Shown here: piece by piece, positions 40,724-58,576 of the stretch
Numbering within the stretch: the stretch's first letter is position 1
Layout of the letters: each line of letters begins with the position of its first letter
NCBI GenBank assembly: GCA_964247055.1
Contig: OZ176053.1
Location: 12,462,001-12,526,000, forward strand
Source of the DNA: Paragordius varius
Taxonomy: Eukaryota; Animalia; Nematomorpha
Reading direction: 5' to 3'
Length of the DNA: 64,000 nt
Translations under genes and position numbers: made by a program
The notes under the pieces: model-generated
Told to the model about the DNA's origin: nothing
Seen by the model: only the letters and a program-made list of their open reading frames with translations
Database searches by the model: none

Positions 40724-41229
40724 GTAACTCATGAACCTGATGATACGGAATAATGGATGATACATGTGAAACATTAAATGGTAATTATTTTTTTTACTTT
40801 TCATAACAATAACTAATTATCTGAATGCAAAGCAAACAGGTCACAATCAAGGTCTTGAATCAAAGCAAAGTAGGATAACATGAAGGGAGAAAAGCCAAAG
40901 TCAAGAAGTACTCAATCATCAATAAGAAGAAGACAAATTGATTTTTTTATTGTATACACTCATGTTATCTTATATAGAATTATATCATTCATTGTATTCA
41001 ATAAATTATGCGGTTGTCCTTTTAAATTTGCATCTAATTTTGAAATATGATACATATAAATCTTGTGCTGTAACTTTAAGAGGCGTTTATTACTATGACC
41101 ATATCTAAAATAATTTCTCTTCTCAGTTTTTTTGTCAAAAGCATACCATATTTTTTAATTCTATCCGTAAAATTAATTGATCAATTTCATTTTATATCAA
41201 ACATGTTTGGCTGATGATATTAAAAAAGG

Positions 41230-42250
41230 TAAGAGATTATATTTATATTTTTTAAACGGTTTTTGATTTAAAAAACATTTAATTTTGAAATGAAATCCAT
41301 TATTTATTTTATTCAAAATATTGTCCATCGGCTTCAACACATATTTTGCTCATCTCTCAAGTAGTATGTGGATGCCATACAAAAAAAACAATTATCTTAT
41401 GCAGCAAACCATTCGCCATTTTCCAACGTCTGCAAAATTATTGAAGCGCTCTGCGAGGATGGGCTCCATTAATTCAAAGTTGTATTAGTGAGATGGCGCC
41501 AAGTCAGATACCGCAGATGCGTAACAGTTCCCATCGACCGATTTTTAACTGTTTTTCAATGGTTTTTCTGCGTGAGACGGAGCATTGTCTTGTAGTTAAA
41601 TCTTTTTGTGATGCCTTTTGATTTATTCCGGTTGTTGATTATATGGTTAATGGTGTTAGCGAAGTGTTGTGCATAAATATTTTCATGGGACTCATTTTTT
41701 GATTCACTAGAGACAGAGAGTGCTTCCTTAAGAAGCGATGCCTTATTGTATATAGAACACCTCGGTAAGGTGAAATTCAGTATTTTTCCCCTTTTTTACA
41801 AAATAAAACCAACATCACACGTCCCGATTCGATTCAAAAAAGATTTGTTTTGCAGGTTTAACGTCACTTTAGATTTGACTGTGTGGAACCCATTTACCGC
41901 GTGTTTTGATCTTTACTATTGCTCGTTGTTATCTATTGATTTTTTATCATACATAAGGCTTCTGCCAATTGCTGTTAATTAATAGTTGCATCCTCCTCTA
42001 ATAACTCTTCTAAGTGATCATCTTTCAAAGGTGTAAAAACATTCTTTTATGAAATCAACATTTAACGTGGGTGATAGATACGTGTTCACCATAGTTTCTG
42101 CCAATATAACTTTTAACAGAATTTTATTCTAACGGCAATGCGTACCACACATATATCTTTTAGGCACAAAATTCGACATGACCACTCAAAACGCTACTTT
42201 TTAGCAAATTCAAATTGTATTTTTAGCTAAGGTTAAAAGGACAAAAAACT
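41230..42250 (-). mobile_element. Decayed Mos1-like mariner transposon relic B
   Basis: Minus-strand ATG at 42179 reads MSNFVPK (cf. Mos1 MSSFVPNK); downstream remnants homologous to relics A and C. Confidence 0.72.
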
Positions 42251-42899
42251 CCTTATCTTAGTTAAAATTTGTAATGACTTACGATTACACCTAGTGACTA
42301 TACTTTCTTTGGCTCTAAGACAAAGAGCAGAATAAATCTAATAAACAATTATTTCAGCACAAAACCTTTTACCACAATAGTGTCCAAATGTTTTTTTCAA
42401 AAATATACGACATAAATGATACCAGTTAAGCAACATCGAAGCCTATATAATTTAGTATGAGACCCCACTCATGATTGGCGGATAAGATATTTTTAATTTT
42501 CATGCGACTCAAATTTATTATCAAAAGGATTACAATAAAATTACCGTTATACACCTTTTTATCCAAATAATATTATACACATAAAGTATACGGCAGTACG
42601 ATATTATTTAATTAGTGATTTAAAGTGCTTTTAGAAAACAAATTTAGGATCAAAAATAGAAAGTAAGCAGCAGCATTAAAACAATAACATCATGATAGGA
42701 GTTATAATGCTTTTGTCGGCCTAATCAATGTGGCGACTATCGGTTAATTACTGACAAACTGGGTCCAACTGGAATAAAGCTTAGAATTTTAGATATCAAG
42801 GTTTACAAGAACCATTTTGACACCCTAATTAAAGTCCATTCTTATGCTCTTTAATCATATACACACTAAGATATAAGGAAGAAAATCTTTAATATTTTC

Positions 42900-44760
42900 A
42901 AATTATAAATGGTTTAAACAATAAATGGGTTAAGCAACTAAATAAGAACAACCTCATTCTAAAATTCTAACATGTTATAACCGCTTAAAAACACTTTATT
43001 AAATGTACAAGTTTTGAGAGATGACGTTTTAGGTTTCTAGATAAAGAAGAAAAACCATCAAGAATGAAGCCAATATCTGGTTTAAAATTAAAATCTGATT
43101 AAGAAAAAAAGATGGATACATCAACTAACTTAAACAAACCCAAAACATCGGTAACCAATGTTTAGAAAAATTAAAGTATTAAATGCGTTAATATTGAATG
43201 ATTTAGATTTGATAGTTGTGTCGAAACTTTAAAACAGTCATTATGATTGTATATCATAATATCAAATCTTTATTGTGCCAATAGAAAATTTCATACAGAA
43301 ACTGTTGTGTAGACAAAGCTATGTGTCCAGTATAATATATTTATGGAATATATAGGGAAAATACCTAATTTCAACAATTTCATCCTCCTTTCTTTACGTG
43401 GATCAATATCAGTAATTGCCAAAAATTATATGGTGTATAAATTACAACCGATTTTTAAGAGTTTGTTTGAATTTAAGGTAGTCGACTTCTGAATTAAAAT
43501 CCATAATTGGAGGCTTGATTTATTTCTAATTAATTATAATATAGGGAATTGTCATAAAGTACGTTTTATATTAGTATAAATGTCGTTTCTATTTTCTGGT
43601 GTTAGGAATTCGTGTGTTACGCTAAAGCAAATTATAATTATACTAATGTCGAATTGTCACACATTTATTTCTTTCTCATTAATTAAGAAACCAGCCCTCT
43701 TAATATCAGTATGCGACATAATGTCCACCATCTGCTGATCTCCCTTGGTGAGAGAGTAATGAAATGAGATTGACAGAAACCTCGGATTCCAGGATTGGAA
43801 TGTTGAGGTGTAAATTAGTTTTTATTCCTTTGCTAATTTTTTTTCCTTTTGTATCAAACCTCTGTTAGCTAGTATTGGAGTATCTGGAATATCTCACTTT
43901 GTGATGAGATTCATCCAGTTCTACATTCCCCAGGGAAACATTTTTGGCTAAACATATTTCGAAATTTCAATGTTCAATTATCCCGGTAAACATCAACAAT
44001 ATTATTTTATAATTGAAAATATGGATAATCCGAACATTGCAACAAAAACTTTTCGAAATGATTTACATTAATAAACCACTTGAGCAAAGGCATAAAAGGT
44101 GAGAAAGAAAAACTGAAGTTCCTACATAACATTCTTATTGATTTTGTTACTTTATATTAGTCAACCAACCGAAGCAACACTCTGAATCACTCAATTATAA
44201 CTCCATCAATACGAAAATAGAATCAGAAAAATATTACAATATATACAATCTTAATGCGACATAACTGGATATGTTTTACATCGCGGACCAAAATACCCCA
44301 GATGCCTTCCGTACTCAGCATTCCATTACAGAGATTAGATCCCAAGGGATAAAAGATTAGTAAATTTATTGGAAACAAGTATTGACTTAACATTCCAATT
44401 ATGGAATCCGAGGTTTCTCTCCATCTTGCTGTATTGCGCATCAAAGAACATCAGCACATGGTAATAATTCTATCGACTGCATGTTTCAGAGCAAGTGGTA
44501 ATTAGTGTAAAATCTTATTTGGTACTTTATTCATATAGATAAACGAAAATACCAACAAATAGTCATCTGATAGAGCATAGATGCATCATCGAAAGGTATT
44601 TAATTTATTTTTTTAACCATTAACTATATTTTGAATTTATTGATATCAATGCTAGATCTAATCACGATAGCATGAGGAGACAAAAGCCAAAGATGGCCGC
44701 CCTGATATTCCAATCAACAAGGAAGACACGATGAATTTGATAAAAAATTTTATTGTACAC
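42900..44760 (+). pseudogene. Decayed third USP copy interrupted by an inverted USP fragment
   Basis: Colinear remnants of exon 1 (caaacccaaaacatcg at ~43136), Cys-box region (ttatggaatatatagggaaaatacct), gattgccaaaag-like region, C-terminal half at 44240-44470 and 3' flank at ~44680-44760; many stops and indels. Confidence 0.75.
43690..43930 (-). pseudogene. Inverted, better-preserved fragment of the USP His-box exon
   Basis: gcgacataatgtccaccatctgctgatctcccttggtgagagag...gatgagat closely matches 48345-48555 (USP copy 2). Confidence 0.85.
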
Positions 44761-46109
44761 ACCTTTTATTTATCATTGTTTACATTATATTCAATAAATT
44801 TTGTGTTTGTCCTTTTAATTTTGTTAATAACATTGAGAAAACCCTATGTAAAATCTCGGCTTATAAATATATGATTATCATAGGCATATAATAAAACCAA
44901 ACTACTATTCTTTTTATTCCCTTTATAGGCCAAAATATTTAGATGATTTATATATTTGAGAAAATTATTTTAAGTCAAACTATTTTTGCGCCATTTTATT
45001 GTAAGATTTTATATAAAAATCGTACTTAATTTGTCTAATATCTATCTGTTATCGAATACATTGAGTAATAATTAGGAGGAAAAATTACAACGATTAAATT
45101 AGCGATTCTATTTTAACTCATGCACAAGTTTAATGCAGTTCAAACTTTTGATTTTAAATTAATAATATGTAATTTGCACATCGAATTCACTCTGGAACAC
45201 TGTCCCTCGAAAACTTTAAATTAGTTCTCGTTTTCATTCTTGCACAAATCATGCTTATTTTATAATTTTTTAAAACATTTTTCAAACGGCATATTTTATA
45301 TTTTAGGTAATAAACCGGACATATACCAAATCGACCATATTAAAGGAGTGTAATACTATAATATCTAAAACTTTAATGGTAATAGGTAGAACAAAATAAG
45401 GATAAATGCCACTCCAAAAATTGGCTGAATACGTTAAAAATAAACGGTAAAAGGAAAAAGTTTTTCTGCCAAGCAGGTCACCCCTAGAAAGAGCGATAAT
45501 AAAACTTTTAATCGGCCCATAAAAATTTAAATGGCGCTTAGTATTTATGCAAACTCAGTATAAGTAGATTAATAGAATATTAAATTTGATATTCAATAAA
45601 TAATATCAAAAATTCGAAGAAATATATATATAAAATTTTGATCATTTAAAATATCGGATATCAACTCGGCCATTTCCCCCAACTTGGGAATTAAATAACA
45701 AATATGGGATTTAGAATTAGTACCATTTTTATTCCTATTATCAGCAATCACCAGAATGTCTTAACAGTGTCAAACATTTTAGGCTGAGAACATTCATAAT
45801 TAATAACAATGATTTTTGGTTCTAAAGATACAATATTTTATAGATCCGAATTAAAATAGTATAATTATTCAAAATTTTACAATATCGAATCGGGGATATT
45901 TTTATCAACGCTGAATATCATTTTACCAGAGATGTCGAATACCTCATGAAAAAGGCTAGTTAAAACGTTCAGGAATAATAATTTATCCATTGACACAATT
46001 TTAGGAATATTAAATACAACTGTAGTTATAAGTTATTACGGTTTTCTCAGATGAAACTCCAGCGAAAAATACGCTGATGACTAATTTGATAAAACTTCAT
46101 TTTGTTCAT

Positions 46110-47370
46110 CTAACATTTAACTACAAACACTCTAAATTTGATTCCGCCAATAGCGTATTTTTATCATTTGTCAAATTTTTTGAAAAAAATACAAGATGAA
46201 GTGCTCTATCAATGACATAAGAAACATGGCTTCCAAATAAAAATGAAGGGGTGTGCGCGCCATACCATCCAGACACTACGAAGACACTAAAGTGGATTAT
46301 TGAAAACGACCCAAAGCAAAGTTTATAACAATTGGCAGAAACATTTTATGTTTAAAAATAATCAAATGGATGTCTACGAGCAAGCAAGACCTTTCAACTC
46401 GGCCAAGTTTGAGTCAACAACAAACACGCAAAGTGATTTATGATTTGCTTAAAAACGTCACAAACAGAAATAATTATTTGAATTGGCGAAGTGATGAGAA
46501 ATAGCTTTATTTTGAAAATCCAAAGTGGAAAAATCGTGGCGTTCACTTTCCAAAAATACATAGTATATGAAGAGGTCTTATATAAAAAAATAAATAAATA
46601 AGTGCAAATCTGACTCTATAAAGAATGTCCTTCGTTACTTAAAGAGAATAAAAAAACACCAAAAAATATTTAAAAAATTGTGTATGAGGAACAACGATTA
46701 TTCACAATCCATTATTATACTTTATAATGCTGACTACGGACTCCGATACCGTTCGTATTTTTTATTTATTTATAATTTTATATGACATGTTTTTAATTGA
46801 TTTTCCATATATTTTATTTATACTATTCACGTGTCGAAAATGAATTATATTCTACAATTTAGTTTTCCAAGTCAATTCATTCACACCAAATTGCTTCTAG
46901 CAATGAGACCAATCTCTACGTTTATGGGACCAACGGTTTTGTTTATGAATTATAAAAGCCGTTAATACACAACACTATCGCAAACAAATGATTATTTGAA
47001 ATAATGCACCAAATGAAAAACGAGCGGTATTGACCAGAAGATCTGGCAAAAGGATTTTTCTCAACTTTAATGGGATATTCTTTCGCATTCACAGAACTCT
47101 CTGACGACACCATCTGCTAAATACAATTTCGCATCACGAGGGGGGAAAACCTTCGCACAGCAGCACCTCTATAATTTTGAAGCGTTGTAAAGCTTGACGA
47201 ATCGTTACCCGCAAATGTCAATCAGTTTAGCATGATGTTTTCATTCAATTATTCCAAAGATGGGTGAAATGTGTAGAAGCAGATCCATTTTATAAATAAA
47301 ATAAATGATTTATTTTCCTAATATACAAATTTTTTTATCAAAAAACCGGTAGAAATTTACTACCCTTGAT
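46110..47370 (+). mobile_element. Decayed Mos1-like mariner transposon relic C
   Basis: Remnants SDEK*LYFENPKWK (VTGDEKWIFFVNPKRK), YRKQM..N.A..EKR, SH....TPS....FAS...FAQQH, RWVKCVEAD; TIR-like end near 47345. Confidence 0.75.
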
Positions 47371-47379
47371 TGGGGAATT

Positions 47380-47730
47380 TTTTGCTTTTAAGAATGAATT
47401 CACTGATTGTTCATTTTTTTGTCATTGCAACTTTACTGGTAATTTCCGTTATAGAAATGCCATTTATGAAAATATTTGCTCAATTCCTACCTTGCAACTC
47501 AAATTTTTCGGACATGTAATGAGAGTCGATAACATAGAAAAAGCGACCATGTTAGGCCCAGTTGATGGGGCTAGGGAGACATAAGCTACGAGACTTGCAT
47601 CAATTGAAAAAATTACTGCACAATCAATCCTTGAACCCGAACAGAAATCACACAACAGAATGCTATGGTCCAAGCTGTCTTATCAGAGTTTGTATCCAAG
47701 CCAAGGGCTACCCATCATCATCAGTCATAT
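47380..47730 (+). mobile_element. Short 3' fragment of an RTE-clade LINE
   Basis: LQLKFFGHVMRVDNIEKATMLGPVDGARE followed by a (cat)n tail near 47715. Confidence 0.65.
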
Positions 47731-48236
47731 ACATAATCCAAAACTAATTTTTGGAATATACAAATTTTGATCATTAATACGGAATTTGATTATCGATTCA
47801 CTACATTTTGACAGCAAAAGAACTTATTTCCATCATGCTTTGGTTAAATCTAATATTAAGAAATATCAACGACTTCTGTTATTTTGCTGGCATAAATAAT
47901 CAATTAATATCATAAATTTAAAAGGACAACCGCATAATTTATTGAATACAATGATTGATATAAATCTATATAAGATCACATAGGTGTATACAATATAAAA
48001 TCAGAAATTGGTCTTCTTCTTCTTCTCCCTGATCATTGAGTACTTCTAATTGGTTTGACTTTGTCTTTTCTCCCTTCATGTTATCCTGCTTTGGATTGAT
48101 TCTTGACCTTGATTGTCACCTGTTTGCTTTGCATTCAGATAATTAGTTATTGTTATGAAACGTAAAAAAAATAATTACCATTTAGTATCATCCATTATTC
48201 CGTATTGGGTGACCATCAGGTGGTTCATAAGTTTAC

Positions 48237-49899
48237 CTAAGAATAAAACAACAAATAAGAATTTACAGTACTAACTTCCTTACCCTTACACTCATTTACT
48301 TTCGAATCGTTAAACGTGAACCAGCCATTGTCTCGAGAGCAGTGGGCGACATAATGTCCACCATCTGCTGATCTCCCTTGGTGAGAGAGGAGTGAAATGA
48401 GATTGACACAAACCTCAGATTCCAGGATTGGAATGTTGAGGTGTAAATTATTTTCGATTCCTTTGTTAATTTTTTTTCCTTTTATATCAAATCTTTGTAA
48501 ATGTATAGCAAATATTGGAGGTATTTGGAGTATCTCACTTTGTGATGAGATACATCCAGTATTGTCGCAGTTAGGACATGCAAAATCAGCCAACGTTTGT
48601 GGTTTCAAATACGTATTTAAACAATCATTAACGGATTTTTGGTTATATATCGGCAGACTCAAACCAAGGTTTTCGTCAATTGTGATTGAGGAATATTGGC
48701 ATCTTGAGCAATTAACTAAAATAAAAAACAATCATACTTGTTGATTTTAATGTTATGCCAAAGAATTCTCTGATAAAAGGGGTTTCTTCCGATAGAGCAT
48801 TGACTAGACATAGAAAGAATTCATGACAATCTTCCACGTTACTCTTGTTGACTTTATAATTCCAATCTAAAATACATATTCAAACAAGCATACAATTCAG
48901 GGATTTTAACAGACTGGGAATGTCTGCTTCCTCATAGTCGGCCAAACTGTCAAAAATCTGTTTGAACTTACACCCCAAAGGCTTTTGACAATCATTGATT
49001 AGAGCTACAAAGTCTGGAAACGAAAACAATGCTTGAGAAAGGCTGTTGGCATAACAGGTATTGCCTCTATTACTAATTCCCATGGGTTTCTTCCTTTTTA
49101 CTGTTTCGTGTTTGATTTCATCGGTTGGCTTGTCGCCACAAGATGCTTCGCAAATATGGTCTAAGAAATTGTCATCAATAGCGTCTGGACCAAATAACTT
49201 TGTTTCTAACGGAGATGCAATAATTCTGTCAGTTTTCATGGTTTCCTCAACAATTATCGAATCCAAACCATTTACTAATTTAGGTTGTGTTAAAATTATA
49301 TCACGTTGTTCTATTGACTTTATGTTTTCATCACTATCAAAGAGAAAGGGAGTATTGGAGGGAGCGACAATCTCCTCTTCGTCCCCAGTTGACTTTTTTA
49401 TACAACAAATTGAACACAATCGTTTTATGAATTGAAATCTTAGCCTTTTCTTAACAGATTTGAGTGTTTTACTGTTTTTATCTAAAAAGGAATTCAACAT
49501 TAAGTTTATTAATTATACTTATAGCATGTTTATTAAACAATATTAAATATTACCATGGTTAAAATCTGTGTCAAGCGTAGTTTCTCCATTCTCTTGTGGT
49601 TTTACTGCATCTAAAAATTATATCATTTATTAACTTTCATATTTTCCTTTTTGTTTTATGAGCGATGTTTTGGGTTCGCTTGAACTGGTTGAGCTTTTCT
49701 TTCTTCTCCCGCAACCTAAAAATAAAAAAGAGGTAGAATGGAAATTAAAACAAGATTTTGGCTTATTTGGAGACTCTTCGGGTTGTTTTTGTTGTTGGTT
49801 GTCCTTCTTGTTGGTTGGAAAACCTAAAAATCTCAAACATCTATCAAAAATTTGGAGATTTGAGTGAGGGCGTTTGTTTTTAGGCGTTTTTAGTAGCAT
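48237..49899 (-). CDS. Ubiquitin-specific protease (peptidase C19), copy 2, inverted paralogue
   Basis: Same five-exon structure and splice sites as copy 1; catalytic Cys, His and Asp boxes intact; all indels relative to copy 1 are multiples of 3. Confidence 0.9.
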
Positions 49900-50409
49900 T
49901 TTTGAGTTTTAGAATTGGTTTTTCTAATTAGCCGTTCCATAATCAGTTAATAAAATTATATATATTAAATTTTAAAATATTATTTAAAAGAAATTAATGT
50001 TATAATTCAGAATATATAGAATAAAACTGCAAGCTTAAAAATAATTTCTGGGCTATTTGCGGCCACTTAAGTATAGTTTGACCAAAATTTTTTTTAATAT
50101 TTTATAACAAAACATGTTTATTTTTGGTTACCATCTATTGATTAATTCATTGATCAATTTCCTTTCATTTCATGTCAACTTGTAGGACCATTGATAGCAC
50201 AAATTGATCTAACTGCGTTTCTCGGTTTGGTCAGATTTCTAATTTGAAGTTATGTATCTTCCAAATAACAATCATCCATATTTTAATTACATCATATTTT
50301 GGTCGTTTCTTTCCATATTTTTCAGTTATTGTTTTATTTGCTCTCATATGATCCCTAAAAATTATTTTATTCCCATTTATTTGTTTAATATCCTTCATTT
50401 AAATTATTG

Positions 50410-50720
50410 GTTTGTTGCTGTTGTTGAGCTTGTAGTTGGTTATCGACCCTTATCGATTTTACAGGAAAACTTCCTCCATTCGGTTCTGTCGTGAGCTTTT
50501 TGAGATAGTTTTTACAGTGACATTTTGGGAGGTGATAAGATTTCGTCTATCCAGCAAATAAGTATACGTCCTCTTACTCTCTTGCCATTTATTTTCCTAA
50601 CATATAACCCTTTTCCAAAGAATGTCCCCGAATAATGTGTCCAAAGTAACCGAATTTTGTTGTATTATTTTACCCCAAAGCGTTGTTTGCACGTTAATTT
50701 TATTTACAATGTGAATGTTC
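50410..50720 (-). mobile_element. Short 3' fragment of the same RTE-BovB-like LINE as 25138-25896
   Basis: gttgagcttgtagttggttatcgacc...ttcggttctgtcgtgagctttttgagatag closely matches 25160-25460. Confidence 0.85.
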
Positions 50721-52794
50721 TTTATAATTATCTTTTAATTACTAATGCACTGTGCATAAAGAGAGGTCAAGAAGTGAACATAAATGTGCCTAATATATGA
50801 ATTGATATAGCTAAAAACAAGACTATTGAAATGATATATGAATATTTATAGCTAGATATTCTGTTAATAATAGCCAAAATTAATAATCCATTTTTTTTCT
50901 TATATAAGTCATATAAATGAGGAAAATGCATCTATATTTTTGTATGTATCATGCAAATACCGTCATGGATTATCATTAATTTATATTTGTATTGCTTGAT
51001 ATCATGAAAATTAGCTTCATAGAAAATTGTATTTATATATAACTCTAATTTTCTAATAAATGCATTCATACAATATCTCTATGATCTAAATTAATATAAC
51101 ACTTAAAAAGTTAGTTAGGGCATAACATGACCGAACCGAATCATTTATTTATGGTATGAAGCTAGAGTGGAGTCAATCATCCTCTGCCAAACACTTCCTT
51201 TTTCGAGATTATGAGATACTGCCTGTTTCTTTTTTATAAAATTCCCTCACAGCAAAGTGATTTCCGGAATAACATAATTATTGTTATATCTTTTTGTCTG
51301 TATTCCTACTCTTTTGTTTTCCCTATCTTAAAAAGTTTTATTACCACTAAGCTTCATCTTCCAATTTTTAAAATTTGTCATTTTTCTTGGCATTTAATTA
51401 AATGTGTCCGTGCTTAATGCTTTTACACAAAATGAATCGCCCCTTTTTGTGTATCCGTTAATTTTGCGAAATTTATTTTATATTATAATAGTTTTACCTG
51501 CAAACTGTTACTGTCGTTTAGTTCAAAGGTATTTTACTTCACAAATGGTTGAAAACAGCCCTTCAGTGAAATATAATTTACCTGCGCCTACTTATAAATG
51601 TTTACTAGACTTTAACTAAACAAATTGAGTATTAAAGTTCTGCTTACTAATGGATTGTCTTAAGATCAAACTTATTACAATCCCCTTTTAATTAGAAATA
51701 TTAAATATTTTATCCATTATTTTTTGTCCCATAGTAATTGAATTAATTCATTAATTAATAATTATTTTTTTCATAATGTTTTTTCCAGACTGTATAAGCG
51801 GAACGGAAAATTTATCAATCCGCCAATTGTTTAAAAAAACTCGCTTCCTCCTGAAGAACAGGTTAGTTAGCCTTAAACCATATATGGTTCCTAAGTAGTT
51901 ATAATAAAGTTTCATTTACATGTTGAATTCGAACAAATAATACATTTTTAAATTTGAATATGAACTTAATAACCAATGTATTTTCACCTTACAAATTATA
52001 TTCGCCCTCGATTTGAATCATATTGCAATTCTTTCTAGGGAGCATAGATTTCCGATTTAATCTACAGTCCAAAGTCACATCGACATTAACAACACTAATT
52101 CAAAACAACTCAGCTTGTAGAGAGTCCTAGGATCGTTAATACACATATGTTTGCCCATTACGTTCAATCCAATAGGCAATCGCTTTTACCTAACAAAGTC
52201 AATTTGGAAACATTTGAGACAAACTTTAATAATCGCTTGTAAAAGTTGCCGTTGTAGCGGTCTGTGCCGCGTGTGAGACATTATAATGCCCATTTTAAAT
52301 GGGAAATAATTTGTCTGGTTTGTAAAGGAAATTATTTTTATTGGAAAAAATATAAATTCCAACCTTAACAAAATCTTTTAAATCGAGAATTATTTAAATG
52401 TTTTTTTTCATACCCGTTTAAAAATTATAGGTTAAGGAATAAAACACATAATAACTCTTATTAAATTACTATGCTATCCAACTATGTTGCAAAACGGTTC
52501 AATTTTTCATCCATAAAAATAAACTTAATTTGTTTTATATTTGCTCAACCCTGATAAATTTAGTGATTGTTTATATTGATCGTTAAAACACTCTAGCTGT
52601 GCTTGACAAAAATTGTTACTCTTTGGAACTCACTGTTTTGATATAAAAGTAATAAAAGATCCAACGGAATCAGTTTTTAATCATCAACGACCTTTAAGCG
52701 CAAGCTCGCGTTTTTGAAGGATAAAAAGTCCGCTAAAATAAAAAAAAATGGTTTTATCCACACACACTTTGTTTAAAATGTAAAAATAAAAATT

Positions 52795-52867
52795 TGGTTC
52801 CACTGAGGATCGAACTCAGGACCTTTTGCGTGTAAAGCAAACGTGATAACCACTACACTACGGAACC
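52795..52867 (-). tRNA. trnV: tRNA-Val (anticodon TAC)
   Basis: GGTTCCGTAGTGTAGTGGTTATCACGTTTGCTTTACACGCAAAAGGTCCTGAGTTCGATCCTCAGTGGAACCA: 73 nt cloverleaf, A and B boxes, downstream oligo-T terminator. Confidence 0.96.
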
Positions 52868-52927
52868 GTATTAATAGTATATAATCGTAAAATTTATATA
52901 CAAAATAGAAAAACATTAAAGCGGCTG

Positions 52928-58423
<5,496 letters not shown>

Positions 58424-58576
58424 ATTATTAAAATTTCCTCCAACCTAATAATAGGCAAACGCACAAACCCTATATATAATATATCTTGATTTTATTTATA
58501 TAAGTGTATTGGTTTAATGGTTATATACAAAAATCATCATATATATATATATATATATACGGATATAACAAATTTA

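Noticed and set aside
39111-49867. Antisense ORFs conserved in both USP copies
   Set aside because: Conservation follows from the recent sequence identity of the sense genes.
51100-52370. Possible exons or a gag zinc-knuckle remnant
   Set aside because: Could not build a consistent frame or recognise a family on either strand; left unannotated.
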